From Clostridium sp. (GTDB lineage: Bacteria; Bacillota; Clostridia; Clostridiales; Caloramatoraceae), in the NCBI RefSeq assembly GCF_036639235.1, contig NZ_JAVWJB010000007.1, forward strand, positions 9,352 to 73,351: a stretch of DNA of 64,000 nucleotides, given 5' to 3'. Below the pieces are notes generated by a model. The model saw only the letters and a program-made list of their open reading frames with translations. It was not told the DNA's origin and made no database searches. Shown piece by piece: positions 61,857 to 64,000 of this stretch (position 1 is the first letter of the stretch; each line of letters opens with the position of its first letter). The position numbers and the translations under genes are program-made.

Positions 61857-63140
61857 TCACATTAACGCTAAAACTATAAGTCCAATAATTAAAGGTATTG
61901 TAATTACCTTTAATGAGGTTATTGTATAGTCTTTAAAGCTTATATTAATACCCCTTTGTTTTAGAATATTAAGCCACATTATAGTCGCAAGTGAACCAAT
62001 AGGTGTTATCTTTGCACCTACATCACTTCCTATAACATTTGCATAGGAAATAATCTCCTTAGTTGATTCAAGTAAGTTACTATTATCTATTGCAATAGAA
62101 CCTACCATAACCGATGGCAAATTATTCATAAAACAAGCTGTTATTGTTGATATTATACCATATATTAATGAAATTATAATGGATGATTTTGTATTTAAAT
62201 ATTGAAGTACTCCCTCCATTACATGGTTTAACCCATTATTATATAACCCATATACAATAAGGTACATTGAACATACAAAAATTAAAATACTCCAAGGTGC
62301 CTTTGAAAATACGCCCTTTAAGTTAATAGTCTTTCTTATTTTACAATGAATATATAAGGCTATAGCTCCAAGTGACGATATTATAGACACCTCTATATTA
62401 TAAATTGACCCTATAAAATACCCACATACAACTAAGAATAGTATTAATACCCCTGAATTAAATAATGTCCAATCTTTAACCTCATCATCAGGATTTAATA
62501 TTTTTATTTGTGTAAATTTACCCGTAAGTTCTTTTTTAAAATTAATATACATTGTTATTGAAACAGCAATTATAATTACTATTCCAGGTATTATCATCTT
62601 ACTGAAATACTCTGAAAATCCAATCGATAGAGTATCTACAGCAACAATATTTGCTAAGTTACTAACAACAAGTGGTACACTTGCAGTGTCCGCTATATAA
62701 CCACATGCAAATAAAAATGGTATAGTCTCCTTATATGAAAACCCGATACTTTTCATAGCTTCATATATAATTGGAGTTAATATTAGTATTGCACCGTCGT
62801 TATTAAAAAATATACTTATTAAAGATCCAAGGAAAATAATATTAATAAAAAGTTTAACCCTACTTCCCTCTGATGTAAACACAACAGTGAGGGCAGCCCA
62901 TCTAAAAAATCCTATTTCATCAAGTAAAATCGATATTATCATAATAGAGATTAATGAAAGTCCTGCATTCCATGTATTTAAAAACACATACTTAATATCA
63001 TCTAAACTAACTAACCCTAAAAAAAGTGAGACTATAGCAAGTATTAATGGATATATCCATTCCTTTTGGTTAAATGGTCTAATAAATATACAAATAATGC
63101 AAACAGCTAAAATTATGCTTGAAAGTAAAAATCCGTCCAT
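61857..63140 (-). CDS. arsB: ArsB-family (ion transporter superfamily) membrane pump
   Basis: FFNNDGAILILTP, VVSNLANIV, MNNLPSV, GSDVGAKITPIGSLATIMW closely follow ArsB motifs. Confidence 0.82.
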   Translation of the reverse strand: MDGFLLSSIILAVCIICIFIRPFNQKEWIYPLILAIVSLFLGLVSLDDIKYVFLNTWNAGLSLISIMIISILLDEIGFFRWAALTVVFTSEGSRVKLFINIIFLGSLISIFFNNDGAILILTPIIYEAMKSIGFSYKETIPFLFACGYIADTASVPLVVSNLANIVAVDTLSIGFSEYFSKMIIPGIVIIIAVSITMYINFKKELTGKFTQIKILNPDDEVKDWTLFNSGVLILFLVVCGYFIGSIYNIEVSIISSLGAIALYIHCKIRKTINLKGVFSKAPWSILIFVCSMYLIVYGLYNNGLNHVMEGVLQYLNTKSSIIISLIYGIISTITACFMNNLPSVMVGSIAIDNSNLLESTKEIISYANVIGSDVGAKITPIGSLATIMWLNILKQRGINISFKDYTITSLKVITIPLIIGLIVLALM

Positions 63141-63156
63141 TATTTTCTCCTAAATT

Positions 63157-64000
63157 CTAGTCAAGTTTCAACATAGTCTTATCAAGATTATGTGTTGCCT
63201 CAACAAATCTTATAGTACCGTTAAGTGATCTCATAACAAGGGATTGAGTTATAGCCTTATGCTCTTCATACCTAACTCCTTTTAATACCTCACAACTTGT
63301 AATTGCAGTTGCTGCAAAATACACATTATCTGATAATATTAAATCATCTTGAGTTAATACCTTATTAATATCAGTTATCCCTGCTCTTTTACATATATTA
63401 ATTTCATTCTCATCTTGTGGAAGTAACTTACATTGAAGTCCGCCACCAATACACTTAAGAGCAGCAGCCGCTAATATCCCCTCTGGTGCGCCACCTGAAC
63501 CTACTAACATATCTATACCTGTAAACTCAAAAGCAGTTGCAAGTGCTGCTGCTATATCACCCTCAGCAAATACCTTAACCCTAACCCCTGCGTCTCTAGC
63601 TTCTTTTATAATATCTTCATGCCTAGGTCTATCTAGAATCATTATAGTAATTTCTGAAACATCTTTATCAAGTGCTTTAGAAACTCTACTTATATTCTCT
63701 GTTAGAGATAAGTTTATATCAATTGCATCCTTTGCCATAGGACCTACTGCAATTTTTTTCATATATACCTTTGGCAGCTTTATTATTCCACCTGTTTCAG
63801 TTAAAGCAATAGCTGATATAGCATTCTCTCTCCCTTTAGCAACAAGCTGTGGTCCGTCAACAGGATCAATAATTACATCTACTTTTTCTTGTCCGTCATC
63901 CCACATTCCAACCTTTTCACCACTATAAATTATTGGGAGTTTTTTCATATCACATTCCCCTATTACAATCTTCCCCTTTAGTGGTAATAAGTTAAATGCA
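63157..64000 (-). CDS. glpX: Class II fructose-1,6-bisphosphatase (GlpX) homologue, 5' end outside window, degenerate active site
   Basis: Frame is open to the window edge (AFNLLPLKGKIVIGECD precedes the track's Met); YMKKIAVGP, RPRH, GGAPEG; DPVDGP in place of DPxEGT. Confidence 0.85.
   Translation of the reverse strand, partial: AFNLLPLKGKIVIGECDMKKLPIIYSGEKVGMWDDGQEKVDVIIDPVDGPQLVAKGRENAISAIALTETGGIIKLPKVYMKKIAVGPMAKDAIDINLSLTENISRVSKALDKDVSEITIMILDRPRHEDIIKEARDAGVRVKVFAEGDIAAALATAFEFTGIDMLVGSGGAPEGILAAAALKCIGGGLQCKLLPQDENEINICKRAGITDINKVLTQDDLILSDNVYFAATAITSCEVLKGVRYEEHKAITQSLVMRSLNGTIRFVEATHNLDKTMLKLD

Noticed and set aside
4683-63153. Numerous 60-236 aa ORFs in the track antisense to or in alternate frames of known genes (e.g. 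7941-8261, 17774-18265, 33326-33877, 40720-41208, 57463-58173)
   Set aside because: They lie within well-supported genes, lack convincing RBSs or motifs, and show the Ser/Ile/Leu-rich composition typical of shadow frames
63949-64000. Apparently N-terminally truncated glpX (263 aa in the track)
   Set aside because: Frame stays open and homologous up to the window edge, so this is a window artefact, not a pseudogene
1-64000. tRNA, rRNA, CRISPR array, IS element, prophage, inteins in recA or polC, T-box or purine riboswitch
   Set aside because: None seen: no regularly spaced repeats, no transposase or phage ORFs, RecA and PolC have normal lengths, and no leader motifs before proC or purB

Overview
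Low-GC Firmicute (Clostridiaceae-like) chromosome segment, almost all housekeeping and sporulation genes: hfq-ynbB, lexA, a Xer-family tyrosine recombinase, proC, purB, rny, recX-recA, rimO, ftsK, pnp, the rimP-nusA-infB cluster, polC, ispG-rseP-dxr, uppS-cdsA, frr-pyrH-tsf-rpsB, codY-topA-dprA, and a glpX-like/arsB-like/corA run at the right edge. I saw no rRNA, tRNA, CRISPR array, IS element or prophage. The window appears to contain the replication terminus. Gene orientation flips at about 7.65 kb (6 of 7 genes on + to the left, 52 of 53 on - to the right), exactly at a 28-bp dif-like site (7650-7677) that overlaps the stop codon of the xer gene. The site is almost perfectly palindromic, which suggests a single-recombinase system. 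A second near-perfect dif-like site (7194-7221) lies 456 bp away. Together the two sites bracket a self-contained promoter-ORF-terminator unit encoding a very acidic 4-Cys microprotein. A third, degenerate dif-like site sits just upstream of an accessory gshAB glutathione/transporter block. Other points of interest: a DAACS transporter with neutral-amino-acid (ASCT-like) substitutions next to gshAB, an uncalled 37-aa membrane peptide behind proC, a probable ATT start codon for rny, an inverted comM, and a GlpX homologue lacking the catalytic Thr. All motif matches were made by eye and from recalled consensus sequences; no database search was run.
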